Assembly (NCBI GenBank): GCA_042584585.1
Contig: JBHOSQ010000001.1
Location: forward strand, 58,694-122,693
Length of the DNA stretch: 64,000 nucleotides
Direction: 5' to 3'
From: an archaeon
GTDB taxonomy: Archaea; B1Sed10-29; WALL01
Made by a program: the position numbers and the translations under genes. This document shows, in pieces, positions 1 through 9,556 of the stretch (position 1 is the stretch's first letter; every line of letters starts with the position of its first letter). The notes under the pieces are model-generated. The model did not search any database. It had not been told where the DNA came from and worked only from the letters and a program-made list of their open reading frames with translations.

Positions 1-472
1 GAACCCCGACTTGGAGGACAAGGAAGGCGTCGCGCGTGCGGTGGGGATTGGCGCCATTAAATATTCAATGTTAAAAGTATCGAACACGAAGACGATTGTG
101 TTCGACTGGGAAAAGGCTTTGTCGTTCGAGGGAGAGACCGCGCCGTACATTCAGTACGCGAACGTGCGTTGCCACAGCATTTTGGAAAAGGCGGGGAAGA
201 AAGGAAAAGCCGGCACAGTAAATGCACCTGAGTTGATTTACGAATTGTCGCGGTTTGATGACGTTGTTGCGGAGGCCGCGAAGGAGTATTCCCCTCACGT
301 TCTCGCGCTGTACGCTTATTCGTTGGCGGACGCGTTCAGCGGGTTTTACACGAAGCAGCAGGTAATCGGCAGCGACGACGAGGACGCATTATTGGCCCTC
401 GTGGAAGCGGCGAGCGTTGTTTTGGAGAACACGCTGCGGCTTCTTGGCATCGAGGCGCCGAGAAGAATGTAA
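1..472 (+). CDS. argS: Arginyl-tRNA synthetase, C-terminal part (5' end outside window)
   Basis: VGIGAIKY, FDWEKALSFEGETAPYIQY and the terminal LLGIEAPRRM are typical of the ArgRS DALR anticodon-binding domain. Confidence 0.95.
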   Translation, partial: NPDLEDKEGVARAVGIGAIKYSMLKVSNTKTIVFDWEKALSFEGETAPYIQYANVRCHSILEKAGKKGKAGTVNAPELIYELSRFDDVVAEAAKEYSPHVLALYAYSLADAFSGFYTKQQVIGSDDEDALLALVEAASVVLENTLRLLGIEAPRRM

Positions 473-474
473 AG

Positions 475-528
475 CAGCCCTTTTCCTGTTACAGGGGCAC
501 AAGGCCCCTGAACGGTGGAAAAGCGCTG
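475..528. other. Long imperfect hairpin immediately after the argS stop (possible terminator or stability element)
   Basis: CAGC/GCTG, CTTTTCC/GGAAAAG and CAGGGGC/GCCCCTG pair around an ACAAG loop. Confidence 0.55.
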
Positions 529-531
529 GCG

Positions 532-546
532 GAAAAACCTTTTAAA
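532..546 (+). promoter_or_regulatory. Archaeal BRE + TATA box for tRNA-Arg
   Basis: GAAAAACC-TTTTAAA ends about 25 nt upstream of the tRNA 5' end. Confidence 0.7.
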
Positions 547-571
547 GCGTGCAGTCAAAATAAGTGGTTAC

Positions 572-646
572 GGGCTCGTAGCCTAGTCTGGATAAGGCAC
601 CGGCCTTCTAAGCCGGCGATCGAGGGTTCAAATCCCTCCGGGCCCG
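572..646 (+). tRNA. tRNA-Arg(TCT), CCA not encoded, no intron
   Basis: Full cloverleaf: acceptor GGGCTCG/CGGGCCC, D arm GCCT/AGGC, anticodon arm CCGGC-CT-TCT-AA-GCCGG, T arm GAGGG-TTCAAAT-CCCTC. Confidence 0.97.
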
Positions 647-664
647 CTGAGTTTCTCCCTATTC

Positions 665-691
665 TGGGGGGGCGTCGGTTGACGCCCCCCA
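665..691. repeat. G7/C6 palindrome, copy 1
   Basis: T-GGGGGGG-CGTC-GGTT-GACG-CCCCCC-A followed by a T-rich tract; same architecture as 17229-17255 and 21454-21488. Confidence 0.8.
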
Positions 692-785
692 AATAGAATT
701 TTTGTTTTTAAGGGGCTAGTTTTGCAAAAATGGCGTAACCTTTATAAATGAAAACCCCTTTTTAAAGCTCGGGTATGGTGGGATT

Positions 786-1073
786 ATGTCTCTTGGAAGT
801 TTTGAGACACGCCTAGTGGCGTCAGCGAAGCTAACATCCATGGAAAAATATGGGTGGGCTTACAACGAAGACTTATTAGTCGTAAAGGGAATGCTGGGTG
901 ACGAAGTCGAAATAATCGACGACGGAACCGGCATAATCAAAATACGCGATAGCCTCGCAGAGTATACAGTGCACATACGTGACTACCAAAAAAAGATTGA
1001 GTCCACCTCCATACCCACTGCGCCGGAGCGCGAGGGCAAGTACATTTCGGTGTGGGACGTCGCGAACCACTAA
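786..1073 (+). CDS. Hypothetical protein (95 aa)
   Basis: TTTATAAA at 741-748 and GGTGGG SD upstream; protein-like composition. Confidence 0.7.
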   Translation: MSLGSFETRLVASAKLTSMEKYGWAYNEDLLVVKGMLGDEVEIIDDGTGIIKIRDSLAEYTVHIRDYQKKIESTSIPTAPEREGKYISVWDVANH

Positions 1074-1084
1074 CCCTTGAGTGC

Positions 1085-2737
1085 CTAGTCCATGTCGTCT
1101 ATTCTCTTTAGCTTGAGAGCGGGACGCAACTTCTTCCCAGCCAACAACTTTTCCAATTCTTTTTCAGTGGGTGGGCGAATCTCTTCCCGCAACTTACGCC
1201 CCAATCTCGAGGAAGTGTACAACCCCTTCTTTGCTTTCTTGAAGTAGCCCTTATTCGTGTGGTGTTCGACAAGAATACGCAGAGCCTTAAGAGGGGACAT
1301 ACCTGCTTTGTTTGCCACGTGCATGTACGGAAGCGGCTTCTCGTCCATGAAAGATAATAACAGCTCTGCCTCGTCCTGTGGCAGCCGGCGCGTCTGTAGT
1401 TCTTTCAGCTCTTCCGCAGCCTTGAGGTCTGCCTCCAACTTCTGGGCCAGTTCTTCCGCCAGTTTTTTCTCTGCCGCGAGCTTCTCCCTCGCAGCCGCTT
1501 TCTCTGTTTTAAGCTTCTCCACCTCAGCCTTCTTCGCAGCCCTAATTTGTTCCTTCTTCAACTTCTCTGCCGCTTTAAGCTTCTGCTTTTCAGCTTTCTC
1601 CGCAACCTTAAGCGCTTGCTTCGCCAACCTATCCCCCATCCTGATGGCCTTGGCCTTCCCTTTCACAGCCTTCGCCTCTGCCTTGAGGAGCAACTCTTCC
1701 AGCCTCGCTTCAGACTTGGTTTTTTCCTTGACTCGGTTCTTGTTGTAGTCCACAGCAGCCTTGAATCGCTTTGCATACCTCTCGTCCATGCCCTCAATCA
1801 CTCGCGTGACTACCTGGAGTGACTCACCAACCCGCCTACCCAAAAACGTGACGGGGATGCCATCTTTGCGAGTAACCAACTTCGAATCCCACCCCCCAAC
1901 AGAAAGTTCGTTCGCCAAGACGCGCAAATAATCCTCGAGCCGATCTGCTTTGATTTGCCTCAGCTTCTTCTCGTGCAGTGCGTTGTTTTTCGCGATGACT
2001 TTTGCAAACTCTTTTTTGTAATCGTCGTCCGCCAAGTCAAACACGTCAGAAATGTTTCCCTTAGCCATGTCAAACTCTTCGGAAAGAGGTTGGAGTGGGA
2101 AACCATCCTCGCGCGGAGTCGTGCCCGGATTCCAACCCCCCTTACTGACTTCTTTCTTCAAGTGAACAAGGAACTTGTCCAGCTTCTCGCGAGTCTTGGG
2201 CGTAAGCTCCCGAGCAAGACCCTTTATCTTCTTTAGTTCCCCAGGAGTCGGCAAAACCGCTTGGCGCTTAAGGCCGTGCGCAGTCACGTAATACAGCTTC
2301 CCCGTTTTCCTGACGACCGACTTCTTGGAAATCTTTATGTGGCGAATAACCGTAGAGCTGGCAGTGGCGTACCCCCGCTTGGAAAAATAGTTGCCCGCTT
2401 CCGTGAGGAGGTCCTGCAAATTGTAGCCCTTGCCTTTTTCCATGAACGGCAGGATTTCTTCCGCAGGGCCGCGGGGATACTCCTTGTCACCAAGCTGAGT
2501 GTGAATATCGAGATTGCGCTTGCCTTTTGGCGTAAACGTGTGCACGCCTTTCTCGACGACCAAGTCACCGTTCACCTTCATGTTGTCAATGGCGATATCA
2601 ATCTTTTTGGCGGCCTCGGCGTCACGCTCAGCCACCCACGCCTTAATCTCTTTTCGCTTGAAAGCCGGAGAAATCTTTCCGTACTCGTACACCAGCCGCC
2701 GTGGACTGTGCTTGCCAACCGTTTTTTCGCCTTTCAT
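1085..2737 (-). CDS. K/E-rich ORFan with three winged-helix-like segments, a duplicated GGW module and a coiled coil
   Basis: 550-aa ORF; wHTH wing-like motifs GVHTFTPKGK, LYYVTAHGL and GLYTSSRLGR; ATGA overlap with the upstream gene. Confidence 0.85.
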   Translation of the reverse strand: MKGEKTVGKHSPRRLVYEYGKISPAFKRKEIKAWVAERDAEAAKKIDIAIDNMKVNGDLVVEKGVHTFTPKGKRNLDIHTQLGDKEYPRGPAEEILPFMEKGKGYNLQDLLTEAGNYFSKRGYATASSTVIRHIKISKKSVVRKTGKLYYVTAHGLKRQAVLPTPGELKKIKGLARELTPKTREKLDKFLVHLKKEVSKGGWNPGTTPREDGFPLQPLSEEFDMAKGNISDVFDLADDDYKKEFAKVIAKNNALHEKKLRQIKADRLEDYLRVLANELSVGGWDSKLVTRKDGIPVTFLGRRVGESLQVVTRVIEGMDERYAKRFKAAVDYNKNRVKEKTKSEARLEELLLKAEAKAVKGKAKAIRMGDRLAKQALKVAEKAEKQKLKAAEKLKKEQIRAAKKAEVEKLKTEKAAAREKLAAEKKLAEELAQKLEADLKAAEELKELQTRRLPQDEAELLLSFMDEKPLPYMHVANKAGMSPLKALRILVEHHTNKGYFKKAKKGLYTSSRLGRKLREEIRPPTEKELEKLLAGKKLRPALKLKRIDDMD

Positions 2738-5700
2738 TTCTTCGCCTTCTTTTTTGTTTCTTTCTTAATGGCTTCTTTTGCTAGTCTTACTGCGTCAGCT
2801 TCCCCACAGTGAGCCGTGGCTTTTATGAAGCCAGTCAGTGAGAGTACGGCTTTACTGGGGCTTTGCTTGAGGAAGTAACGGGCCTGAACGTCGATGTTGT
2901 ACTGGACTCCGGGCGACAAGTCCTTCAGCGAAAGGAGTGGGAGGGCCTTCCCGAATTCCGCCCTGTCCGGCTTGTCCTCATCCGCAAAGTCGTCGCGAGG
3001 GGGTCTCTTCTTGTCTTCCTCTTCTTTCTGCCTCGCCTTCATCTCCGCCCAGAGGTCTTCTTCTGTAGGCCCTCCTTCTTCAACCGTGGCCTCGACCAAC
3101 GGCTTTTCTATCACAACCCCTCTTTCGGCAAGTTGGGCTTGCGCGTTAGCCACAACTTTGTCGGCGGCCGCTTTGTTGGAGCTAGTGTAAAACGTGTACA
3201 ATTTGCGCCGCAGCTTGTTCAGCCCGGCAACAGTGGGATTCCCCCCAAGGAACTTCAAAGCCAATTCCTCAACTTCGGGCATCAGCAAAGCCCGGTTGTG
3301 CAGGATCAGCCGTTCATCAACGACAAACCGCATGTTTCCCTTCTTGAATCCAGCTCGGAGCCGCTCAAGGAGTTCTTCCTCGGAAGTGCTGATGAATTCC
3401 TTCCTCGATGCGGCGGGGCGCTCAACCGGCTCGCCCAAAATCTCTTTTATCTCCCACGGCGAGGCAACAGACTTCTGGCACTCAATGCCCCGCTCATTCA
3501 AGTAATAAAAACGCCCTTTCTTCTTGAACAAAGACGTGCGGCCCCCCGCATAGCCGCCAATCAAATTCAGGAATTTCGGGAAACCCTCCTCCTCGTTTTT
3601 GAATTTCTTGGCCTCTTCTGTATAGTGCTTGAGCAAGTTCTCCAAAAGCCATCGGTTTGAATAGCCCTTCCCCTCCGCCATCAACAACGCGACTTTTTCG
3701 GAGAAGGTCTCGGGAACCCGCTTCTTGCCGAGGCGCTCGTGAAGCAGTATCCTGCGCTTGCCTTTTTCAGTGAAGGTATACACGGAACCAACCTTGGACT
3801 TGGACAGCTCTCCTGTTTTTCCAACCATTGTCTGGAGGTTATGAGTGACCGTGCCGTCGCCGAAAGTCGCGTCACGCTGTTTTATCCACCGTATTAACTC
3901 AAACGGCCGGAAAGGCAGTTTGTGGGTGCGGCCGAACTCGTAAATCTTTTGCGGGGTAGGCCACAAGTTGAAATGGAGTGGCGCGCTGACGTCGGTGAGC
4001 CCCTTCATTAGTTTCGCTTCTTTATTGGCTTTTTTCGCTGCCGCGGCCTTCACCTTCTCCACCCGTTGTTTCTCCCGCTCTTCGTCACTCATCTGTTTTT
4101 CCAAGCGCTCCTGTTCCAGGGCCTTCTGTCTCTCCGCCCGGTCCTTCTGCCTCGCCAGCTCCTGTTCCGCCTTCTCCACTTCCTTCTCCGCTTTTTTCCT
4201 TGCCTGTATTTTTTCGTTCGCGTCCGCCGCCAGGTTAAAGCGGTCCCATTGCTCCGGCGACATAGTAGACAAGTAGTCCGTGAGCGTTTTGGTAGCCCTG
4301 CCCTTTTTCCTCGACAAAAACGAAAGCGGAAGACGGTCGGCACGCGGCTTCGAGGCAATCTCCCATCCATCGCCACTCGCCGAGTCCTCTATGTAACCAA
4401 GCACATCCTCCACAAACTCTGCGATTTCCTTTTGCTTCGCCAGAAGCTTCTGCCGCTTCGCCTCTTGCTTGCGGAGGGCGGCTTGCTGCTTCTCAAACTC
4501 CCTCTGCGCCTCGATCTCCTGGCGCTTCTTTTCTTTCTCGGCGAGCTTCCTCGCTTCTTCTGCCAGCTTATACTCCCGTTTTTGCCTGGCGCGCTCCTCC
4601 CTTTCTTTCCTGAGCCGCTCCGTTCTCTCCTGCTTTCTTTGCTGTTTACGCTTCTCCGCCATTAAGCGCCTGGTCTCGGCCCCCCTCCGCTTCTCTTCTT
4701 CGGCCGTCTTCTTGGCCAATTGGCGCTTAACATCGTCCGCTGCCTTTTTCCGCAGCTCTTCTTCCAGCAGCTCTTTCTCCCATTGCTTAATCCTTTTCTG
4801 GTTCTCCAGCCTATGGCGCTCCCGCTGCTTGTCCCAATTGTCTTCTCCCGCCATCCACTCCTCCTCGCCAAACGGGGCTTCATCAAAAATTTCCAGGAGC
4901 TTAGATGACACGTACGGACGCAACTGGTCCCTCTCCCTCATGGTCAGCCCGGAAACCCCTTTCTTGAACGACACGTTGTAATCCGCTTCGGTTGGGTCGA
5001 GGCGCGAAATAAGCTTAATCCGCACATAAGGGTTGAGCAGCGGCAGCACAGCAAGGCCACGCCGCAAACCCCCCAATGCTGCCATTTTTACAAAAGCCCC
5101 TGCGTCAAGATTGAATTTATCGGCAATCGTCCTGTCGTCGCTGCTTACTTTCTCCCGCTTTTGGAGCAGCGGCCGGTCAAGCGGAAAATACCGGTAACGC
5201 TTGACAACCCCGGACTCCGAGTCTTCCTCCAAGCCCCACTGCCTGCGGATTGTCTTGATGTCTTCCTGGAGGCCTTTGTCAAAGTCCTCGAAGCGGGAGT
5301 ACTTCGGGTTGAAAAGTTGGTAAAGCGTGCGGTAGTTGATGCCCGTGTACTCTTCCGCGAGCTTCAGCAAGTAACGGTAGCTGACCCGCTGGGGAGAGTT
5401 GCCGAACACCCTGAGGTGCAAGTTGTGCAAGTCCTCGCCAATGTCCTCAGGGCCCTTGACGCGCTTAATCACGCGAACCGCGTTTTGAATGCTCCTGACC
5501 TCGTACTTGGCCGGCTTGGTCTTGATTAGCTTGTCCGAAAACCCACCCACGCGAAGCGTGTCATGAAGGCCCTTAAGGTCCGGAAGCGCCGCCTCAAGGG
5601 CATTTTTTTTCGAGCCAAAAACCCTGAGCGCGCTCCCCATCCCAAAATCATGGAAATGCTGTTGGGTAATTTCACTTACCTGCAGGCCCTTGTCCCGCAC

Positions 5701-5916
5701 AAGCTTCCCCACAAGCATGCGCACCGCCGTCTTTCTCTGGTCGTCGTGCGTCCAGAAGCCGTCCGGAAGGTCCGCTACCTCCCGCTCAGTTTTCTCCCCG
5801 GCCTTCGTCTTGAGGTAGTCCTTAATCAGTGGCCGCAGCTCGTCTGGGTGGACCTTAGGGAACTTAAAGCCTTCGGGGCGGCCGCGCTTGGGCCCCTCAG
5901 TGGGTTCCTTAGGCAT
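2734..5916 (-). CDS. Large K/E/R-rich mosaic ORFan (DUF4046-like N-terminal unit, coiled coils, tandem wHTH-like segments)
   Basis: 1060-aa ORF; LPDGFW...ITQQHF...GSKKNAL; SVYTFTEKGK and FYYLNERGI; TATA-like CTTTATATA upstream. Confidence 0.85.
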   Translation of the reverse strand: MPKEPTEGPKRGRPEGFKFPKVHPDELRPLIKDYLKTKAGEKTEREVADLPDGFWTHDDQRKTAVRMLVGKLVRDKGLQVSEITQQHFHDFGMGSALRVFGSKKNALEAALPDLKGLHDTLRVGGFSDKLIKTKPAKYEVRSIQNAVRVIKRVKGPEDIGEDLHNLHLRVFGNSPQRVSYRYLLKLAEEYTGINYRTLYQLFNPKYSRFEDFDKGLQEDIKTIRRQWGLEEDSESGVVKRYRYFPLDRPLLQKREKVSSDDRTIADKFNLDAGAFVKMAALGGLRRGLAVLPLLNPYVRIKLISRLDPTEADYNVSFKKGVSGLTMRERDQLRPYVSSKLLEIFDEAPFGEEEWMAGEDNWDKQRERHRLENQKRIKQWEKELLEEELRKKAADDVKRQLAKKTAEEEKRRGAETRRLMAEKRKQQRKQERTERLRKEREERARQKREYKLAEEARKLAEKEKKRQEIEAQREFEKQQAALRKQEAKRQKLLAKQKEIAEFVEDVLGYIEDSASGDGWEIASKPRADRLPLSFLSRKKGRATKTLTDYLSTMSPEQWDRFNLAADANEKIQARKKAEKEVEKAEQELARQKDRAERQKALEQERLEKQMSDEEREKQRVEKVKAAAAKKANKEAKLMKGLTDVSAPLHFNLWPTPQKIYEFGRTHKLPFRPFELIRWIKQRDATFGDGTVTHNLQTMVGKTGELSKSKVGSVYTFTEKGKRRILLHERLGKKRVPETFSEKVALLMAEGKGYSNRWLLENLLKHYTEEAKKFKNEEEGFPKFLNLIGGYAGGRTSLFKKKGRFYYLNERGIECQKSVASPWEIKEILGEPVERPAASRKEFISTSEEELLERLRAGFKKGNMRFVVDERLILHNRALLMPEVEELALKFLGGNPTVAGLNKLRRKLYTFYTSSNKAAADKVVANAQAQLAERGVVIEKPLVEATVEEGGPTEEDLWAEMKARQKEEEDKKRPPRDDFADEDKPDRAEFGKALPLLSLKDLSPGVQYNIDVQARYFLKQSPSKAVLSLTGFIKATAHCGEADAVRLAKEAIKKETKKKAKK

Positions 5917-5971
5917 TAATTAGTTGTAATGTCTAGACGGTATATAAAGATTAGGGTTTTAGTTGTAATGT

Positions 5972-7762
5972 CTAGACAAAATCAGGCTTTTTTCCCGCCA
6001 CTTCTTCCTGGAGCTGGTACTTGGCGCTGCGGGGGTTCACCAGGTAGTTCGCGAGATGGCGCAGCTGGAACCACATGGCTGACTCTTCTTTTGCGTCTTT
6101 GTGCTTCTTCTTTTCTTCGTCAGTCATCTGGCTTTCGTCCCGGCTCCTCCCCAACTCCGCGTGTTTCATCGAGGCCTCGTGCAGGCGCTCTATAAAGTTG
6201 TCATGCGTCAGCGGCCTGATTTTGATCTTGAGCTTGACAAAATCACCAAACAAGCCCTCAATTTTGTCGAACGCGCGTATCTTCTCTTGGTTGTTTGAGT
6301 TAATCCGGGGGTGGTCCATAATCTTGAACAAGCGCAGTGCCTCGTAGCACTCTACATCGGTCACGGGCCGCTTCCCATCCTCCACTTCCTCAACGGCTTC
6401 CTTTTTTCCAGCAATGCCGCGCAGCAAAAACCGCATGCTCCCGAAGCCCTTCACGTCCTTCTTCGGCAATGTCTTGGGGTCAGTGGACTCCATCACGCCA
6501 TGGTAATTGTTTTTCACGAACTCTTTTTCCTTAAGGGAAAGCTCTTGCCTCGCGGCAACTTTTTCGGTGATGTCCAGCAGCTTGTTTAACGGCCCGGAAT
6601 TGACAGTGGGCGTGTCCCCCAGAAGCAGACTACCAGGGTCCTCTTCCGGACTGGCCCAGCGGTGCGGCCTGCCCGGCCGCCTCGTGGAAACTTGCTCGTC
6701 GTCCTTGTCGTCCTTGTCGTCCTTGTCGCCTTCGGACGGGCTGCCGTCCTGCAACCCACCCCCCTCCTCATTCAGCTTGAGCACCATGGGCTCCGAGCGG
6801 GTTACATCCATCGTGATGCCCTCTTCCTTGAGCTCCGCGGCTATTGCGTCCATGATGGCATTGGTGCGCCTTATTGAGTTGCTCCTGAACCCGTCGCCCA
6901 CGCGCTTGGAGACTGTGGCGGTATCGTCCGGGTGCTCTCGGATGTAGTCCGCGCCGATCTTAGTGAGTATTCCGGGCAGTCGCGGGTCCGAAACCCTCTG
7001 CCCAGCATGCCTCCCAAGCTTTTGCTGGCGGAGGTCCTTCATGTTGTCACCGCGAAAAAGCTTCTCCACATATGCAGCAAGCCCCTTGCCCCCCTCAACT
7101 TTTGGCTTTTTGGGCATCCCGACCAATCGCAGCAGTTCCTTGTGGGCGCTGACGTCCCTCATGAGATCCGGGAACGTGAACGACTTCACGCCGCGCACGA
7201 GGTCCATAAGCTCCGGGTGCTTTTGCTTGTGCTCGTCAATCCACTTTTTTATCTCGCTGTCGCGCTTGAGCAATTCAGTGGAGTATCCCCCGCCGGCGCC
7301 GACCTCAATGTCCGCCGTCTTTCCCGGGCCGTGCATGAAGCAGTTCGCGAAGCGCGTCGCGTCGGCCTCCAAGTGGTTTTCCGTAATTGCCTTGTACTCG
7401 TCCTTCAGGGCCTCGAACTTCGTCACGGGCCTGGTCTCCATGGGCTCGATTGGCACGTGCGAGATTATGAGCTTCCGCAGCTGCATGCCGTCCGGCGTCA
7501 AGTGGTAGTAGCCGTCCCACACCGCCCTCTTGACGAAGGGCTTGGGCATGGCGGCCTGGTTTGCCAGGGCCGCGTTTAGCTCGTCGGGAGTGATTTTGAA
7601 GTGCTTCGAGACCGCGGCATAGATGTCGCCGGTGGAGTGCGCCCTTTCTTCCTTCATGAAGTTGACTGCCGCCTCGAAAGGGGTCTTGGGGGTGAACGGG
7701 CTGCCGCGCTCGAACCTCTTCCGGGTGTCGGGCCTCCACGCCTTGTCGAGTTCCTTGACCAT
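5972..7762 (-). CDS. Mosaic ORFan with an N-terminal wHTH-like domain
   Basis: 596-aa ORF; DGYYHLTPDG wing motif; shares a module with 8273-9556. Confidence 0.85.
   Translation of the reverse strand: MVKELDKAWRPDTRKRFERGSPFTPKTPFEAAVNFMKEERAHSTGDIYAAVSKHFKITPDELNAALANQAAMPKPFVKRAVWDGYYHLTPDGMQLRKLIISHVPIEPMETRPVTKFEALKDEYKAITENHLEADATRFANCFMHGPGKTADIEVGAGGGYSTELLKRDSEIKKWIDEHKQKHPELMDLVRGVKSFTFPDLMRDVSAHKELLRLVGMPKKPKVEGGKGLAAYVEKLFRGDNMKDLRQQKLGRHAGQRVSDPRLPGILTKIGADYIREHPDDTATVSKRVGDGFRSNSIRRTNAIMDAIAAELKEEGITMDVTRSEPMVLKLNEEGGGLQDGSPSEGDKDDKDDKDDEQVSTRRPGRPHRWASPEEDPGSLLLGDTPTVNSGPLNKLLDITEKVAARQELSLKEKEFVKNNYHGVMESTDPKTLPKKDVKGFGSMRFLLRGIAGKKEAVEEVEDGKRPVTDVECYEALRLFKIMDHPRINSNNQEKIRAFDKIEGLFGDFVKLKIKIRPLTHDNFIERLHEASMKHAELGRSRDESQMTDEEKKKHKDAKEESAMWFQLRHLANYLVNPRSAKYQLQEEVAGKKPDFV
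6698..6728. repeat. 9-bp in-frame tandem repeat (about 3.4 copies) encoding DKD-DKD-DKD
   Basis: (GTCGTCCTT)3-GTCG on the + strand. Confidence 0.85.
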
Positions 7763-7800
7763 TGAATAAATTAATGGTGCGCGGGTATAAAAGAATTAGT

Positions 7801-8250
7801 CTACCTGTACTCGTTTTTAATCGCCCAGCTGTTGCCCCGCTTTTCCATGTGCTTGGCAACAAGGAACTTGAAGTCTTCGTGAACGTTCTTGAGCCCCGCG
7901 AGGCCGGGATACTTCCCCAACAGGCGCACCATAAATTCATCCGCCTCTTCAGGAGTGTAATTCCGGGTGAACTTGTAGTACCCACGAACATACGCACCCC
8001 TGCCGCCCTTATCGTTACGGGCTTGGCTGATTGCCTTATTCATAATCTCCTCTTTTGACGGCTCCACCATGGCGTCAGGATGGCCAAACTCCACACAAAA
8101 CGCGTTTTTTCCCTTGACCGCAAAAGTAGAAAACATCCGTGCAAACCCCTTATGCTGCTCGGGGTTCATGCTCTTGAACTTGGAGCCATGCACGCTCTTG
8201 GCGACCGTGTAATAATGCTCCCGCGCCTTCAGCTCTTTTTTGCTAACCAC
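7801..8250 (-). CDS. Basic hypothetical protein (149 aa)
   Basis: GTG start with GGTGGG SD; co-oriented within the cluster. Confidence 0.75.
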   Translation of the reverse strand: MVSKKELKAREHYYTVAKSVHGSKFKSMNPEQHKGFARMFSTFAVKGKNAFCVEFGHPDAMVEPSKEEIMNKAISQARNDKGGRGAYVRGYYKFTRNYTPEEADEFMVRLLGKYPGLAGLKNVHEDFKFLVAKHMEKRGNSWAIKNEYR

Positions 8251-8272
8251 TTATCCCACCAATAAGCACTTG

Positions 8273-9556
8273 CTATAACGGCGACTTAGTTTGCGTGTGC
8301 TTTTTCTTGACCCAGTTCACGACAACGCCGCGCAAGTACTCCCGCTGGTCGCCCCCTTCATAAGCGCCTGGGAGCGAGGACCTCCCGGCCTTTACCACCA
8401 ACCCGTTGAGCATGTTTCTCCGCCGCTCAGCGTCCATGGCAAATCCACCTGCAACGTGGGAGGTGCCAGCCACCTTTTCCTCGTAGAGTGCGCGAATTGC
8501 CTCGTTGTACTTTTCGTCCATGTCCCACTGCTGTGGCGCGATCCCGACCCGCATTTTTTCCTGGGGCTTGCTGATTATCTCCACCAATTCAGGGTGCGGC
8601 TTGGCGCCCTTCATTAGTTCGGGATACGCGAACTCGCGTTTCCCCGTCACCAAGTCCACGAGCGGCTGGTGCTGCTTGTGCTTCTCAATCCATTGCCTCA
8701 AGCCCTTCCTCTTCGCGGTGGCGCGGCTCCCCATGCCCGTTGGGGGATACTGCTTGTTCACCGTGCCCTCGACACCGTCATGGAAAAGGTTAATGAATGT
8801 TTGTGCCGACTTCTTCTTGATGCCCTTGTTGCCTGGGACAAGCGTGAAGTACTCCTGCGCCAGCGCCTCGTCGATATTGGTCGGCTCCAGCTTATCGGCG
8901 GTGGCGGGCTTGGCCTCCTTGGGCTTTGCATCCTTGGCCGGAGCTGGCTTCGGGGGCTTCGGCTTTGCGTTCGCCTGCTTTTCTTTCTCGGGAATCGTGG
9001 GCGGGAGTTCGGGCGCGACAACCAAGTCGTCGTACTCCATCATCAAAGCGTTCCACTTTTCCGCGTGCTTGGGGGTCATGCCCTCAAACATTTCCTTGGC
9101 CTGCTTCATAGAAAAGCCCAGAGTCTCGCTAATGTTTTTCGGGAAAGACAGGGGGTCGTCGAAAATGAACTTTCCGCCGTCCTTGGCGACGCGCTCCATT
9201 TCCACAAGAATCTTGTTGACACCGGCCGTGGCCCGATACTGCCTGGACTCGTGCTTATTCATTATGGTCTTGAACTCGTCCGAAAAAAAGTTTGGCACCA
9301 CATGCTTCAGCCTCTCCAGCTCGGCGTAGGTAAGGCCCCTAAGGCCCTTCTTGAACGCCATGCGGTACTCTCCCCGCGCGCTAGTAATGTTTTTTAGGAG
9401 ATTCACCCGCGTCTTGTGCGAAAGCCGCGGCAAAAGCGAGAGGGCTATCTTCTTTTCGGTGGGAGTAATTTTCTTGTTGAAAAATTCTTTGCCGGCAGCG
9501 TTCAGCTTGTTGGCCAAGCGCGTTTCCTCCGCCTTGCTCCTCTCAACGATAGGCAT
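8273..9556 (-). CDS. Mosaic ORFan with a P/K/A-rich linker
   Basis: 427-aa ORF; start overlaps the ATPase stop (TAATG); shares modules with the 1060-aa and 596-aa proteins. Confidence 0.85.
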   Translation of the reverse strand: MPIVERSKAEETRLANKLNAAGKEFFNKKITPTEKKIALSLLPRLSHKTRVNLLKNITSARGEYRMAFKKGLRGLTYAELERLKHVVPNFFSDEFKTIMNKHESRQYRATAGVNKILVEMERVAKDGGKFIFDDPLSFPKNISETLGFSMKQAKEMFEGMTPKHAEKWNALMMEYDDLVVAPELPPTIPEKEKQANAKPKPPKPAPAKDAKPKEAKPATADKLEPTNIDEALAQEYFTLVPGNKGIKKKSAQTFINLFHDGVEGTVNKQYPPTGMGSRATAKRKGLRQWIEKHKQHQPLVDLVTGKREFAYPELMKGAKPHPELVEIISKPQEKMRVGIAPQQWDMDEKYNEAIRALYEEKVAGTSHVAGGFAMDAERRRNMLNGLVVKAGRSSLPGAYEGGDQREYLRGVVVNWVKKKHTQTKSPL

